From contig NC_092679.1 in the NCBI RefSeq assembly GCF_964355755.1, positions 13,747,432 through 13,811,431 on the forward strand: a stretch of 64,000 nucleotides of DNA. Reading direction: 5' to 3'. Within the stretch, counting starts at the first letter, position 1. The number at the start of each line of letters is the position of its first letter. Below, piece by piece: positions 13,075-26,100 of the stretch. The notes below the pieces were generated by a model that ran no database searches, was not told the DNA's origin, and saw only the letters and a list, made by a program, of their open reading frames with translations. A program made the position numbers and the translations under genes. The DNA comes from Antedon mediterranea. Taxonomy: Eukaryota > Animalia > Echinodermata.

Positions 13075-14790
13075 TTTTTTTCGATCAACCAGCATCGGCC
13101 AACAGCTTAAGATCTGCATGGCAACTTGTCAAACAACTCTAGTCTCAGGGAAGAGATCTCAAAGTGCCTGCATCATGGGAGAGGATCGTCTTCTAGCATG
13201 GAAAACTCACTTCCACAAACTACTATCGGTGGAGACTTCAGTGGTAGATGACATGGATATCATCAAAATCTTCAACTTAACCACCAGATAAGCTCCGAGA
13301 GGTTCTCCGAGGCTGAGGTGTCAATTGCTTGCAAACAGATGAAATCTGGCAAAGCACCTGGTCTTGACGGTCTTCCAATCAAAATATGGAAATTACCTGG
13401 CACCCAGAAAGCTCTCACTTCTTTCTGCAATCAAATTCTTGATGGAAACAGGCCATCAGAATGGGGAATTTCGTTCATATCCCGAAAAAAGGTGATCTTT
13501 CAAAACCAGATAACTACAGGGGTATTTCATTATCACAATTGGCTGCAAAGATCTACAATCGCCTGATTTTAAATAGGATACGTCCTGTGATTAATGAAGT
13601 TTTACGCCCCAACCAGAATGGCTTTCGTCAAGCACGATCAACAACTACGCACATTCTTGCACGAGGAGAATTGTTGAAAAGGTTAAGAACCATCACAAAG
13701 AGGCAGTCATTATCTTTATTGATTTTCGCAAAGCCTTCGATTCCATCAATCGCAACATCATGATGAAGATCCTCTTAGCATACGGCATCCCTCATAAAAT
13801 TGTAGAAGCCATCAGAGTAATGTATATCAATACATCAGCAGTTGTCCTGACTCCAGATGGTGAGACTGATTGCTTCAACATCGACTCTGGCGTAGTTCAA
13901 GGAGACCCTCTTGCTCCATTCTTGTTTATTGTCTGCCTTGACTATGTAGTGCGATCAGCAACTACATCATCAGACGGTCTCACCCTCCGCTGTAGTAGAA
14001 GACATCCAGCTGAAGTACTACCAGACCTGGACTTTGCCGATGACATCGCCATTCTTGAAGATTCCATACATGCTGCCGAAAATCTACTGCACAGAATTCA
14101 ACAAGCCACACAAGCTATAGGTTTATACTTAAACATCAAGAAGACCCAATTCATACATTTACACCCCTCATCACCTTCTATAACTCTCGCACTGGATGGA
14201 TCAGCAATAGAACAAGTAGAGGATTTCAAGTACCTCGGAAGCTACTGTTCATCCACTAACCATGATGTCGAAGCAAGACTTGGTCAAGCATGGGGTGCGC
14301 TGAACAGTCTTTCAAAAATATGGGCATCTCGTATCAACAAGTCCACAAAAATCCGCCTCTTTAAGTCAACAGTTGAAGCCATTCTTTTTTACGGCTGTGA
14401 GACATGGAGTCTTACTTCATCGCTCTCAAAATCATTGGATGGAGCATACACCCGCATGCTGAGGAAAGTCCAAAACATCCCATGGTCCTCACACGCCACC
14501 AACAAGACACTATATGCCAACCTTCCCCGTCTTACGACCATCATTCAAAGACGTCGCATGGGCCTTGCCGGTCATGTTATGAGAAGCTCTGAGCCTGCCT
14601 CAAGAGTTCTCCTTTGGGAACCAGAAGAGAAAAGGAAAGTGGGAAGACCTCAACTGACTTTGCTCGAAATTCTGTTGAAAGATACCAAACTAGACCTGAG
14701 TGAACTGAGAAAGAGCATGCTTGATAGAGATGTGTGGAGACAAATTATCATGGCACCCACTTAATAGTGGGATGACATTAAGTAAGTAAG
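13075..14790 (+). mobile_element. 5'-truncated RTE-clade LINE with (TAAG)n tail and TSD
   Basis: KAPGLDG, PKKGDLS..NYRGISL, QNGFR, GVVQGDPLAPFLF, LDFADD, YGCETW motifs with frameshifts. TTTGGTCA is duplicated at 13067-13074 and 14791-14798 but single in the opposite Academ arm. Confidence 0.9.
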
Positions 14791-17149
14791 TTTGGTCAAA
14801 GGTCAGTAAAAGCATTTCCGGTCATTTTTTGGGGTAAACGTTGTGTTAGACTGAATATAAATATGTATTTTCTGAACAATTTGACACCAAAAGCAAATCT
14901 GTATGATTTGGTTGTCGAGATATAAGAACCACACATTTCTAACCTTTGACCCCGATTTTGGGCATGTTCGCCCCCGATAACGAATTTGGTACATATCCCA
15001 TGTTGTTCCTTGGGGTCTAATTATCCTATAACAGTTGAGATATTCTCTCCTAAATTGAATGCATACAAATCTTACCCAGGTCCTAAACTAGTAGTAGTTA
15101 TTAATGAATAAAGGTCAATGACCTTTGACCCGACTATTTGACCAATGGCACAAGTAACCCAAAATTTGCAAAAACTTTATTTTGTTGTTTGACCACTAAA
15201 ACATAGATGTAGACACCACAGTTGTATTTTTAAACCCAGGAATTGAGGAGTTATGAGCCATCAAATGCCACAAAAAGGTCACTGACCTTTGACCCTCAAT
15301 ATCTCACTAACGCAGCAACTAGAAGGCTGCAAAAATTTTTTGGTATTTATTCACACCTAAAGCTACAAGAAAATACCAAAAGACCTTTTATTAGAATTTT
15401 TTCAAGGTTACATAGGATAAATGTCACATATAGCCTGTACTATTAGCCATAATAAGCTTTTCAGTGTGATCACTCATCCGTGACGTCACGTATACGCCAT
15501 TTTGTGAAATCACATTATCAATCATATCTCCATAATTCATTATCACATATTAATGAAATTCACTACACGTAAACTTCAGATCAAGGTAAAAAATATTAGC
15601 AAATAAAAACTCGCGCGTTTCGAGGTCATGCGCGTGAAATCGCGCGTTGAAATTTTAAAAAGCTCAAAATTTAGTTTTGATCAATTTAGAGCATGAAATA
15701 GGCCATTTGCGTGTTTAAAAAAATTACTGCGCAAAAACACATTTTTGCGCACGCGATTTTTAAAAAGGGTACAAAATAAAATTTGATGTATACATCACAT
15801 TCTACTCACAATCCTTAGTACATTCTTCGACTTTGAGTCCATTCCGACTTAAAATAACGCTGTACGAGCACGTTAAAAATGACAAAATGCGCACATTAAT
15901 TGTACAAAAGTGCTAAAAATGGTAAAAAATAAGGCCTTTTTAAAATAAATATAACTCTTCAGAATGGCAGGTGACCCCCAATTTTTTTAACTTATTATGG
16001 AAGCCAATAAGTTGTAGATATAAATATATATACATATTAGACGTACAAAATAGTATGACGTCATCAAATGGCCACTTGAATTTAAAAATTAGTAATTTTT
16101 ATCTATTTGTGTGGATTAACACATTCAATAGAGCGCATCTCCGTTATTTGAGCTCAATTTTTCGCACACATTTTAGTATGTGCTTGCTCAATTAATTATC
16201 TTTCTCATGAGTTGTCAACATTTTTATTTTGATGACATTATCACGCGTAAAAACTTGAATAACCTAGGTCGTGTAATTTCAGCTACACCATACATTTGAA
16301 TATCTTATAGCTCTTCAGAATTAAAGGTGACCTTGAAGATTATAACTTATTATGAAAGCTGATGAAATGTAGATATGAATTCATATAAAAATTAAGCCTA
16401 TCGGATGTTGTGATGTTATCATATGGCCAGTTAAAGTTAAAAAGTAGTTTTTTAATTTCTTTAGTCGAAGTTATACAAATTTCAAAGAGCGCGCATTGCG
16501 CTTCTACGTGTCAAATTCTCTTCCAATCCATATATTTATTTGCTCAATTCATTATCTTTCGAAATTGTCATCTTCGAGTTTATTTTGATAATTCCATCAT
16601 ACCAAAAATTAGAACATAATGTGGGTCCCGTAATTTCACCTATGCTACACTGTATATAGATATACAGTATATACTGTACATATTGTATACGACACATAAT
16701 AGGTACAACTCAGCACTATAGTGTATGTACAGTATATGCATCATGTCATAGGATGGCGTACATCAACTTTTTACGATCGTATGTTAACGTACATGCATGT
16801 TTAAAAAATGTTAATTTCATTAAAATGATAAAAATGATCACCTATAATTCGTCAAAGTGACGAATTAAATTCTAGTTCATTTTTAGTGTGCTGATTTGTT
16901 AGCATACTGCTGCTTTTGTTCTTTTGTTTAGTGCATTATGTCTCAGCAACAAAGGGAAAACAACTACGCCCTGCATGCTGCAGAATTTATTGCAGTTTTT
17001 CAAGTTAATAGGCATGCTGCAGAATTTATTGCAGTTTTTAAGTTAATACAATATAAAATATATTATATATCAATTATGGCTCTCTTTCTATATCATTTTT
17101 AAGGTATTTCTTCCCTAATACGGATATTAGGTCAATAATTTTTTAACTG

Positions 17150-17712
17150 ATTTATTATTTCTGTATCTACAATCGTTTTATTTATTTACATTTAACATTA
17201 AATGTATCAGGTCAGCAAAACTAAAATACATATCATTATGTCAATTAATTGATTAACATTTTGTTTCTGTATCTGCAATCGTTTCATTTATTTACATTTA
17301 ACAAGTAGGCCTAGTCGTACTGTACTATAGTACAGTAAACAAGGTGATCATTAAAACAAAAATACATATTATTATGTCAATGAATCTATTACCATTTTGT
17401 TTCTGTATCTACGATCGTTTCATTTATTTACATTTAACAAGTAGGCCTAGTCGTACTGTACTATAGTACAGTAAAACAAAGTGATCAGTAAAACAAAAAT
17501 ACATCATTATTTCAATTAATCTATTACCATTTTGTTTCTGTATCTACAATCGTTTCATTTATTTACATTAACAAGTAGGCCTAGTCGTAATTTACTATAG
17601 TATTATAGTACAGTAAACAAGGTGATCATTAAAACAAAATACATAGTATGTCAATGAATCTGTTCCTATGTTGTTTCTGTATCTACAATCGTGTTTATTT
17701 ACATTTAACAGT
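17150..17712. repeat. Tandem repeat, ~125-135-bp unit, 4-5 copies
   Basis: TTTCTGTATCTACAATCGTTTCATTTATTTACATTTAACAAGTAGGCCTAGTCGTA repeats. Confidence 0.85.
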
Positions 17713-20044
17713 AAATGTAAAACCACATACGATTAACAACACCTTTGTTTATTTAAGTTCTATATACTTGTTCTTATGTAAAAGGGTCCTACAAAAAAAA
17801 CACGAAGCTACAGCTTTTTTATGCAGGATCCCTGTTCTCAGTTGTACTGTAATTATGATGTACTGTAATTGATGACTAAATAAATGTGGAATAAACAATT
17901 ATAGTAGTTTACCATTTCGTTAAAATTGCGCCGATTGCAATGTCTCATATCACCATGTCAACAAGTTCCTTTGTGCAAAAATGCGCGATGTTCAAAGCAC
18001 ATCTTGTGAATAAGGTGTTACGGTACGCAAAAGCACAGTACGTGTGGAGCGGCTATCCGTTTGTGGATGAAGAAAACAATGAAATAAAAACTCTCTTTTA
18101 CACACAACACAAATAGGTTAAGCTTCTAAGTTTATTCAGAGTATACATATTTAACAATACATAATATTTATTTCTACTGATCCTGTACAAGCAATGCTAA
18201 AAACTACTAAAGCTTAATAATAAACTACATTTTGGCCTCTTGGGGGCTACCACTCATATGACATCGCTGTATGAAAGGTGTTGTCACAGGAGCCAGTAAA
18301 TCAAATGGTTGTTATTAAGTATATCGGTAAGGATGTAAGTGACATCCGTTAGGTAAGTTGTGGAATTTGGGGGCAAAATAATTCCCCAGAATTATACCAG
18401 CCAAATTAGCGAATAACATGAGTAACATATGAGTAGCGCCTGTGTTGAGTTAGGTGTTGGATGATGCCGGGGGATGGCTGGGTGCGAAAGATTGAAAAGT
18501 TTGTACAACTATCAAACGGCTAATTTAACAATGAAGTGTGCTAGTATGCATCTTAGTAAACAACTGAAAACACACTGAATTCCCATTGGTTGCCAATTAG
18601 AAATTAGCCTATCCTACATTTTTGTGGTTCCACTATTAGATATACCCGTTGGTCTATAGAAATACATTGTCAATTACTGTGGTTGGAACTTTGATAAAGT
18701 GTCTCCCTTGACTAACATTCCGTTTTAATTACCTGTAAAAACAATATACCATTCATCCTAACACTTCTATTACTCTGAAATCTACCCACATTTATATACC
18801 ACATCCTTAGTTAAAAGAAAGTACTTGTGTTGTGTATAAACTATAATTTATTACTTTAAATTTCCTTATAAATTTTGATTACTATTACTTTATACGAAAG
18901 CTATACACCACCAAATATATAAATATGCAGACATGATCTAGCCCAGTTAAGGTTTTAGTTGATTATCGTTGATTTAATTGTATTTTGCAGGTTACGGTTC
19001 AAGTAATTTAATTGAAGAATTTGTAAACAAAATGGCGGCGGCCAGCTCACTTTACTGCAGACTAAGTTCATTTTTCTGTGTATTTTATGCAAGTAGGCCT
19101 AGTACATTTTCATTAAAAATAAAAGATTTTGAAATAATATTTTAGAATAGAATAGTACATGGTAGGCCTATTGAATTATAAACAAAACGAAAATAATAAA
19201 CATTTGTGTTAATTTGAATCAATTTTGTACCTCTGTAAATTTATGTTTAATTTTGATCAATAAAAAAATCATGTGATTTCTTAAATATTTTTTTCTATTT
19301 TGTTTCTGTTTTTTGAGGAAAACCAACTTAAATCGACATTTTGATGTAACCAGATTACCCAACATAGTTGGGTGCTACTTTGCTGCCACCAAAAACTGGT
19401 TAAAAAAAATTCATCAAAAGTTTGGTATTGTAACCCGAAATACCCGGGTAAGCTTTAAACTTTTCCACTTTCCCAAAGGGGGAAATCAAAGTTTATCCCA
19501 TTAATTGGTGGCAGCCTGGTGACACCCACTTTATGGGGTAAACCAAGCATATATTTTTTACAGTGTATTGTTCAAATTTATTCAACATCCTCAGTGCGGC
19601 ACGGCGGAATAGTTCCCATACCAAATAACATTATACTGTATATAATAATTCTTACCATTTATATCAACATTTTTTGTACTTCTTATTTGTACATTTATTG
19701 ATATTCTTGTTCACGATACATTTTTAATTTCAACTGTGATTATGGATATTCTACATTTTTATATTAACAATACCGCCATAACATTAATTTTCCCTTTCCA
19801 CTCTAGAATAATTTATAAAATGTATATACTGTCGAAAATGTTATTCAACTTAAGCCAACTTAAAATATATAATAAGATCCATACTTTCCACAAAAAAAAC
19901 CCTTTTTATAATTCACTATATTCATCAATATCTAAAAAATACCCAAAGTTATAACAAACGCAACACTTCATGTTAACAAATATTTCTGTTTAAATAGAAT
20001 AGATTAACGTATTTATATTTATATATACGATAATGTTACTGAAG

Positions 20045-20163
20045 CTAAATAATAATATTGTTTTCTTCAATCTGCGATTCGTCCGGGTCATCATCGATTT
20101 GGAGAAGCAGTACACCCCTTTCTTGGTGACAGCAGTCTGTTTTGAGTTTCTTTAAAAAATCAA
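20045..20163 (-). CDS. Terminal coding exon (cytoplasmic tail)
   Basis: ttcttag acceptor; phase 1 matches the donor after 20303; VDFLKKLKTDCCHQERGVLLLQIDDDPDESQIEENNIII then stop. Confidence 0.75.
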
Positions 20164-23100
20164 CTAAGAATGAGAAAAACAGATTTAAATTTAATTAAAA
20201 GTACACACAACTTAATTTGTTAAAGCTGTTGACCAAATATGGTTTAATGTGCCAATATTTACACAGTTAGGATATAAACATTATATACGATAGATATCGT
20301 ACCTGTTACCACCAGCATGATAGACATGTTCAGCATAATTAGGATAACGGGAGTTATCTTGTGAAGTAAACCAATGACGTCATCTTCATTGAAACTCTGA
20401 TCCAAGTTTACGATCGCCCCAATGGATAGATTGACAACGATAAAGACAAGAGTCAACAATTGGAATCTCTGCTCTGACTTCTCTTTCATTGGTTCAAGGT
20501 ACAAATGCAATACAATAAATATGACAGTAAAAAATAGAGAGTAAGACAAACTTGAGGACACGTCATCTTTCAAGTTTGCAATGAGTGCCAACAGAGCCTT
20601 GTTGTACAGCTCAAATGATTCCCAAAACCAAAATGTGTGCTTGTATTGTCCACAAAAGAACCTTACTCCAATCATCCACCCTTTACTCTGATTTTTCTTC
20701 TGTTGATCACAACGTACATTTTTATAGTATAGCATAAGAACTATGACCAATGGAAAACCAATGATGTATGTTAAAGCAACGTAAACAAGTGTTTTGTTAG
20801 TTTGATACGTAGATCCACCATTTTGGTTCATATCAATGGAGTAGTCTGACGTTAGTACTGTTTCATTGACCGTCTGCTGTGACGTTAAATACACGAATTG
20901 ACCATGGCCCCACTGCTAATATATCAGCACATGTATTTGCATACGTAAGGTAAAGGAGCAACATGGATATAACAATACATCTATCACGTATGCAACTCTC
21001 AGTTACTGCTCCATGACACTTATTCCAGATGTAGCAAATGAAGTAAATGGTAGACATAGTCAACAGTATGACTAGTGGTGTAGCCATAGCAATATGAAGG
21101 GAGGAATACGCATTCCAAGAGTCGTGTAAACATCTTGGACTTAACATACTAATATATCTTATGACGTCAAAATATTGAAGTATTTGGCCAGCATACTCAA
21201 AGTTTTTAGGCCAATGAATTTCGGTTACTTCTGATAGTATACCTAAGACTTGATAAAAATTAATAGAAATTTTTAAATAGGTAACAAATGAATCTAGGCC
21301 GGTTTGTCTTCGATCCACATTTCTTTCCTGCATTCTCCATAAAAGTAAAATCATTCCAATTATTGCAAAGGCAACACTAAGAAATATAATTACAGTTACA
21401 GCAGCCTTTTGACATTTGTGACATTCGTTAAACAGCTCATAATGTCCATTAGAACATGCTGCACAAAGCCAACCTGTGTATCCTTCGACGCAAGTGTCAT
21501 TAAATTTTAGTCCAATATTACAACTTTTTTCGCCTAGTGGACAAGCATACACTTTTGGTAACGGACTTTTGTATACAGCATCTTTCAGTTGATTTGGGTT
21601 GGTAATAGGAAACATGTCGTTTTTTAATTTAGTTACAAATGTTGTGTAAGCCAATAAACAGTTGTTTTTATATTGTTCTTCGCCTACTCTACAGTCACGA
21701 TGAAAGTCCCACGACCACCAGTAACCTTTTGTTAGATTAAGATATCCTCCTTCACAGTTAATACCCTCTGAGCAGGGCAAGCATGGCCCAAATCGATCAG
21801 TTCGATGGAAATTGTCAAGGCAATAACATGCATTTAGATTGGCAATATTATTGGTTTTGGTTCCTGATGGGCAAGTCTGACAATCGGCAATGGACGCAGC
21901 TCCTGCATTATTTGAAAAACTTCCAAGAGGACATCGTTGACAGGAATCTTTGTAACCACCCTTTTCATTTACTCTTCGTTTATCTTGATAGAAACCACCT
22001 GTAACATTTATTTTTTATTTTTAAGTACCTGTCGTTGTTTTATTGTTATTATATACTTTTACTGTCATAACTAAATTAGAGAGATTATTATATTTTATAA
22101 ATATTGCATCATACCTGGTGGGCATTTTGCACATTCGGTGCTATCATACAAACGGTATGTCCCTTCCTTACACGGACTGCATTTACTCGTCGTCGAATTA
22201 CATGTCAAACCTATTTCTCTACCGATATTTCTTAACAGCTCCCCATCAATTCCTTTTATTTCGATTTCTGTACCTTCTGTAACACAAACACTAGCAAAAA
22301 CAATTAGTTTGTAATTATACACAACATGCAATTATATTTATTCAATTATATCTATTCTGTGTATAGTACTATACATATATTACCTACTTAGAGGTGAATA
22401 TCAGATTTGACATCCACGAGGGAATGATTCATTTTATTGTTTGTTAGGCATGATAGTCAGATGCTCACATCACTATGACACTTGTGAATAAATAGTTAGC
22501 TTGTCTTGACAAGTTAGTGAAACAGTGTTGTGATGTGAGATTCCGTTTTTCGGACTTTTTCTGTTGTCTTTGTCAATTTATTCGGTTTTTAGGCTATTTA
22601 GTGATTTATTTTACATTAACATTTTTTCATTTTCACACTTGTGTTAAACAGCGTATAGAGACTATCTGTATTTTGCGCTATATAAATTTCAAACCATAAA
22701 ACCAAAAACCATATTTTTCTCGAAGGACTATCTATTTCACGAAGCGAAGAATACCCTTCTTTTTCAAATTTTATATTTCACCGAAATAAAAGGTGATATT
22801 TGTTATATTATATAGCCAGATATCAGTTTCCCCTTACCTTGTACATATTAGAAAGGTAACTAAAAAATATAGATAAAATCAATTCATCAAATCTTTTATT
22901 TTAAGTGTATTTACATGTTAATTAATTTCCCGATGTTTGAAGGAATCGATTTCAGTCCACAGCAGTTGAGATATCTAAATAAAAATAACACGATTAATGC
23001 ATATTTTGTAACAAAGCATAGTACCACATTGTTAACACATTGTAATGGTGAATGATGCTGATGAGAATGATGCGACGATCATTGGTGATAAAAAGATTGA

Positions 23101-26100
23101 TAAATATACCGAGGATGATGATGACGGTTCAATCGTGGTGATATTGAAATTATCATTATCTTTTGTAAATTGTTTTTACTTATAAACTAAAAACAATAAT
23201 ATACTAATGTACATACACTGTTCCCTTTTCTATCATATGTGATAGAGCATTTTCCTCGATCTGCATTATTGGATTGTCAAATAGATATCTGAGGGAAAAT
23301 ATGAACTTTTTTGTTATTTTAATACCGTACTTAATTTGAATAATTAAACTGTGATTAAAATGTAATAGAAAAAAGTTTAACTTTAAAGTACCTATCATCG
23401 AGTATTTATTTTAAAAGAAAAGTTTTAAAAGAAAAGTATTTAAAAAAAAAATCTCACATGTATTCCAGTGTTGTGTTTTGGGTTTCCAATGTTTTATACG
23501 TAATGTTGGAAATTTTATTACCATAGAGGAATCTGCAGGTTAGAAAAACAATTATGTTGATATAAATTAAGACATTATCAATGCAATTAGTATTTAATTG
23601 TTTGTCTTTGTATTGTTAGTAAAAAAATGATTTACTTGTTTTAGTGCATGTGTGTAGTAGGCATACTGTACAATTGCATACACCATGGATAGATGGATAT
23701 GTATCGACGGTGACATCAAACGCGCTTGCCTATACTAAAGCACTGCTGCAAACAGGCTCCTTGAACTCCATGTCTCTAATCGCGGCCCTCTATAGAACGC
23801 TGCGAATCAACTTTTGACAACAAAACTTACCCATGTAGAAATCGTATGCGCAGTCTGATTGTTATTATTGGCATATCTGCGTCGAGGATTAATTTACAAC
23901 AAGATGTTGGTATGTTTGAATTTATTAAAGAGTGGAAAATAAACGAAACGAAACGAACATCCATGCATACACATATAGTATTCCACACAAACATTATAGT
24001 GACAACAATGTTGGAGCATACAATGATAGATTCATGCAAACAAAATACTATTTAAAAAATAATTCACATGCTAAAGGTGTAGGCCCGTATGCAATAACAA
24101 TTTAACACGATAGCGTAAGCCTATTTCAGTTACAGTTGGACAACGGAGAGCAAACGTAACATATGTTAGGTAATACATAACATTTGCTTACAGAAAATAA
24201 AGATTAGTTTCATTGAACGCTCCATCTTCTATAAATGTAATGTTGTTGTGTACAAGAAATCTGAAAAATATAACAATTATATTTTAGGTAGATTTTAGAG
24301 CTACACTAGCGGTACAGTGAACATAGTTTTAACATTTATACTTTTTAAATTTAAATTGTTTGAAACAAATGTAAATATGGGGAAATAACCTGCGACAAGT
24401 GAACGGAAGATGAACTTGATTCTTTACAGCTCACACGAGTCAGTGTACACTGAACCACCAGTTTCAAGTCCTTTTCCGAGAATACTTTTCTACAACCAGA
24501 ACAATAATCGAGGATTGCCTTGAACCTTTACCGATTGTATAGTTATTGTTCCGGAGCACCCGCCTTTACCGCTTTACCGAAAACGACCAAATAGTATACG
24601 AAATATCTGTATTCAAAACTTAACTCTAACATATTACACGCAGAATTAGAATATTCTGTTGACTAGAACTTGTGCCTAATTATGTTATAATAAGTATATT
24701 GGCTTGCTTTTCATGATCTGTCACGACACTAGTCTACCATTATCTTTCAATCTGGAACCAGCAACAGACTTCTCAGACTTTTGATTAGTTTTCATAACTT
24801 CTCGTTGGCCATATTTTTACCATAAGATGATCTTTTCTCAGAAACCGTCTGTTCTACATAGATCCAATATTAACGCCTGAGTGAGCGTTACATGCCCCTT
24901 TTTAGTTTCTTATACTTAATTACACAGATGAGGTTAGCAGTTTCCACTTTGTATAGAGTGTATTCTTCTTCTTGATCTTCTAGTTGTGTTTACTTTGATA
25001 CACATATCGATAGTTGGTTCTTGATAGTTTCTGTGGGATACACTTATTCACAGAAGAAAACTCTTTAAAGTAAATAGTTTTCTTCACGAAAACTATAATA
25101 GCAGATGAGAGATGCGAGATAGACTCTGTCCCATCATGATGATTGGGGATAAGTACTACTTTTCCGAGCATTGCACTTTTGTGCTAAGAATCTCATTATT
25201 TACTTTGGTGTATATTACCAAATCACTGGCCAATGTATAATTTTAACTATTGTATGATAGAAAAATGAAATACACAACCATGGTAAGGCTAAAGTGAAAT
25301 GTGAATGCTGTCTATTTTTGTTTGGTTTGTTTTGCTTCTGAATATACGAGTGTTAAAAAGTCACTATCCAATCGAGTTTGAACAACACCATGAATTTGTA
25401 CAATGGTTAGGACATCTACATATCAAGCAGAAGGTTCTCGGTTCAAATCTCGGTTATGGCGACTTTCTCATTCTCACAGATTTCCTCATCTTTATCTTTT
25501 CAAATTAATTAATTGAATTTCGGTATATCACCGGGTGGTTTAAAATACATGTTCTGTGAGGTTGTGCATAATGGTAAAATGTATTGCTGTAGTTGGCGCA
25601 TACATTACATCTGCCAGTCACCACTGCTTCATAGTTATTGTGGTAGAACGAGAATTATTTATGTTGACGCGAGAGCACCCGTATTGGCTTGACCAATACG
25701 GTAAGTGGCGGAGTATATCTGAACGTGAAACCCTCAGTTATAGAAAAGTTTATTCACGTATTAAGAACTTTGAGATTGTACATGCACAGGTGTTTGTGTC
25801 TTTATTTCACAAGGTTTTTAACAATTGTAAGTAGAAACAATAGTTTGTGCACTCATTGTGTAAGTTTAATTCAAAAATTTGTGTTACAAAATGGCCTTCC
25901 CGACATGTAGAATAGGTCTTGTTGGACACTCGTTTGTACGCCGGTTGGAATGCTATACCAGCGAACGCAAATTCTTTGCCTTACGCCTAGATGCAAGTTT
26001 GTACGATGTCAAGTATTATTCACGCGGAGGTGCAACGACATACATATTCCCTGATCTGCTTAAGGGATAGTCTACGCTGAAAGATATCGTTTACGTTCAT

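Larger units (their letters stand above)
10983..15442. mobile_element. Non-autonomous Academ with ~800-bp TIRs
   Basis: TAGTAGAGGCTATAT...ATATAGCCTGTACTA termini with TTA TSD. Left arm 10983-11830 is inverted relative to 12910-13074 plus 14791-15442. Confidence 0.85.
7805..16877 (+). mobile_element. Helentron-associated HINE/DINE-1-like element (family B, outer copy) hosting nested insertions
   Basis: 5' palindrome AGGTGATCATTT...AAATGATCACCT (7811-7840), (TTC/TTA)n microsatellite, 3' subTIR AAAATGATCACCT (16831-16843), hairpin AATTCGTCA-AAG-TGACGAATT and CTAGTT end. Confidence 0.75.

Noticed and set aside
18120-18733. Possible 3'UTR exon of the host gene (acceptor about 18733, AATAAA about 18131 on minus)
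   Set aside because: Signals are too common in AT-rich DNA to call without transcripts.
18940-19567. CACTG-ended MITE (TTTTTTACAGTG end)
   Set aside because: Only one terminus is visible; no partner end or TSD.
22838-22859. 22-nt micro-exon candidate (ag...gtaagg)
   Set aside because: Phase is incompatible with neighbours; the 22915-to-22290 junction already joins in frame.
24390-25190. Possible further exon (GNP..C..C-like) or LINE remnant
   Set aside because: Requires frameshifts; no consistent frame or splice pair found.
25392-25462. tRNA gene
   Set aside because: A/B boxes are present but no convincing cloverleaf; embedded in a repeat. The same applies to 1405-1440 and 60398-60475.
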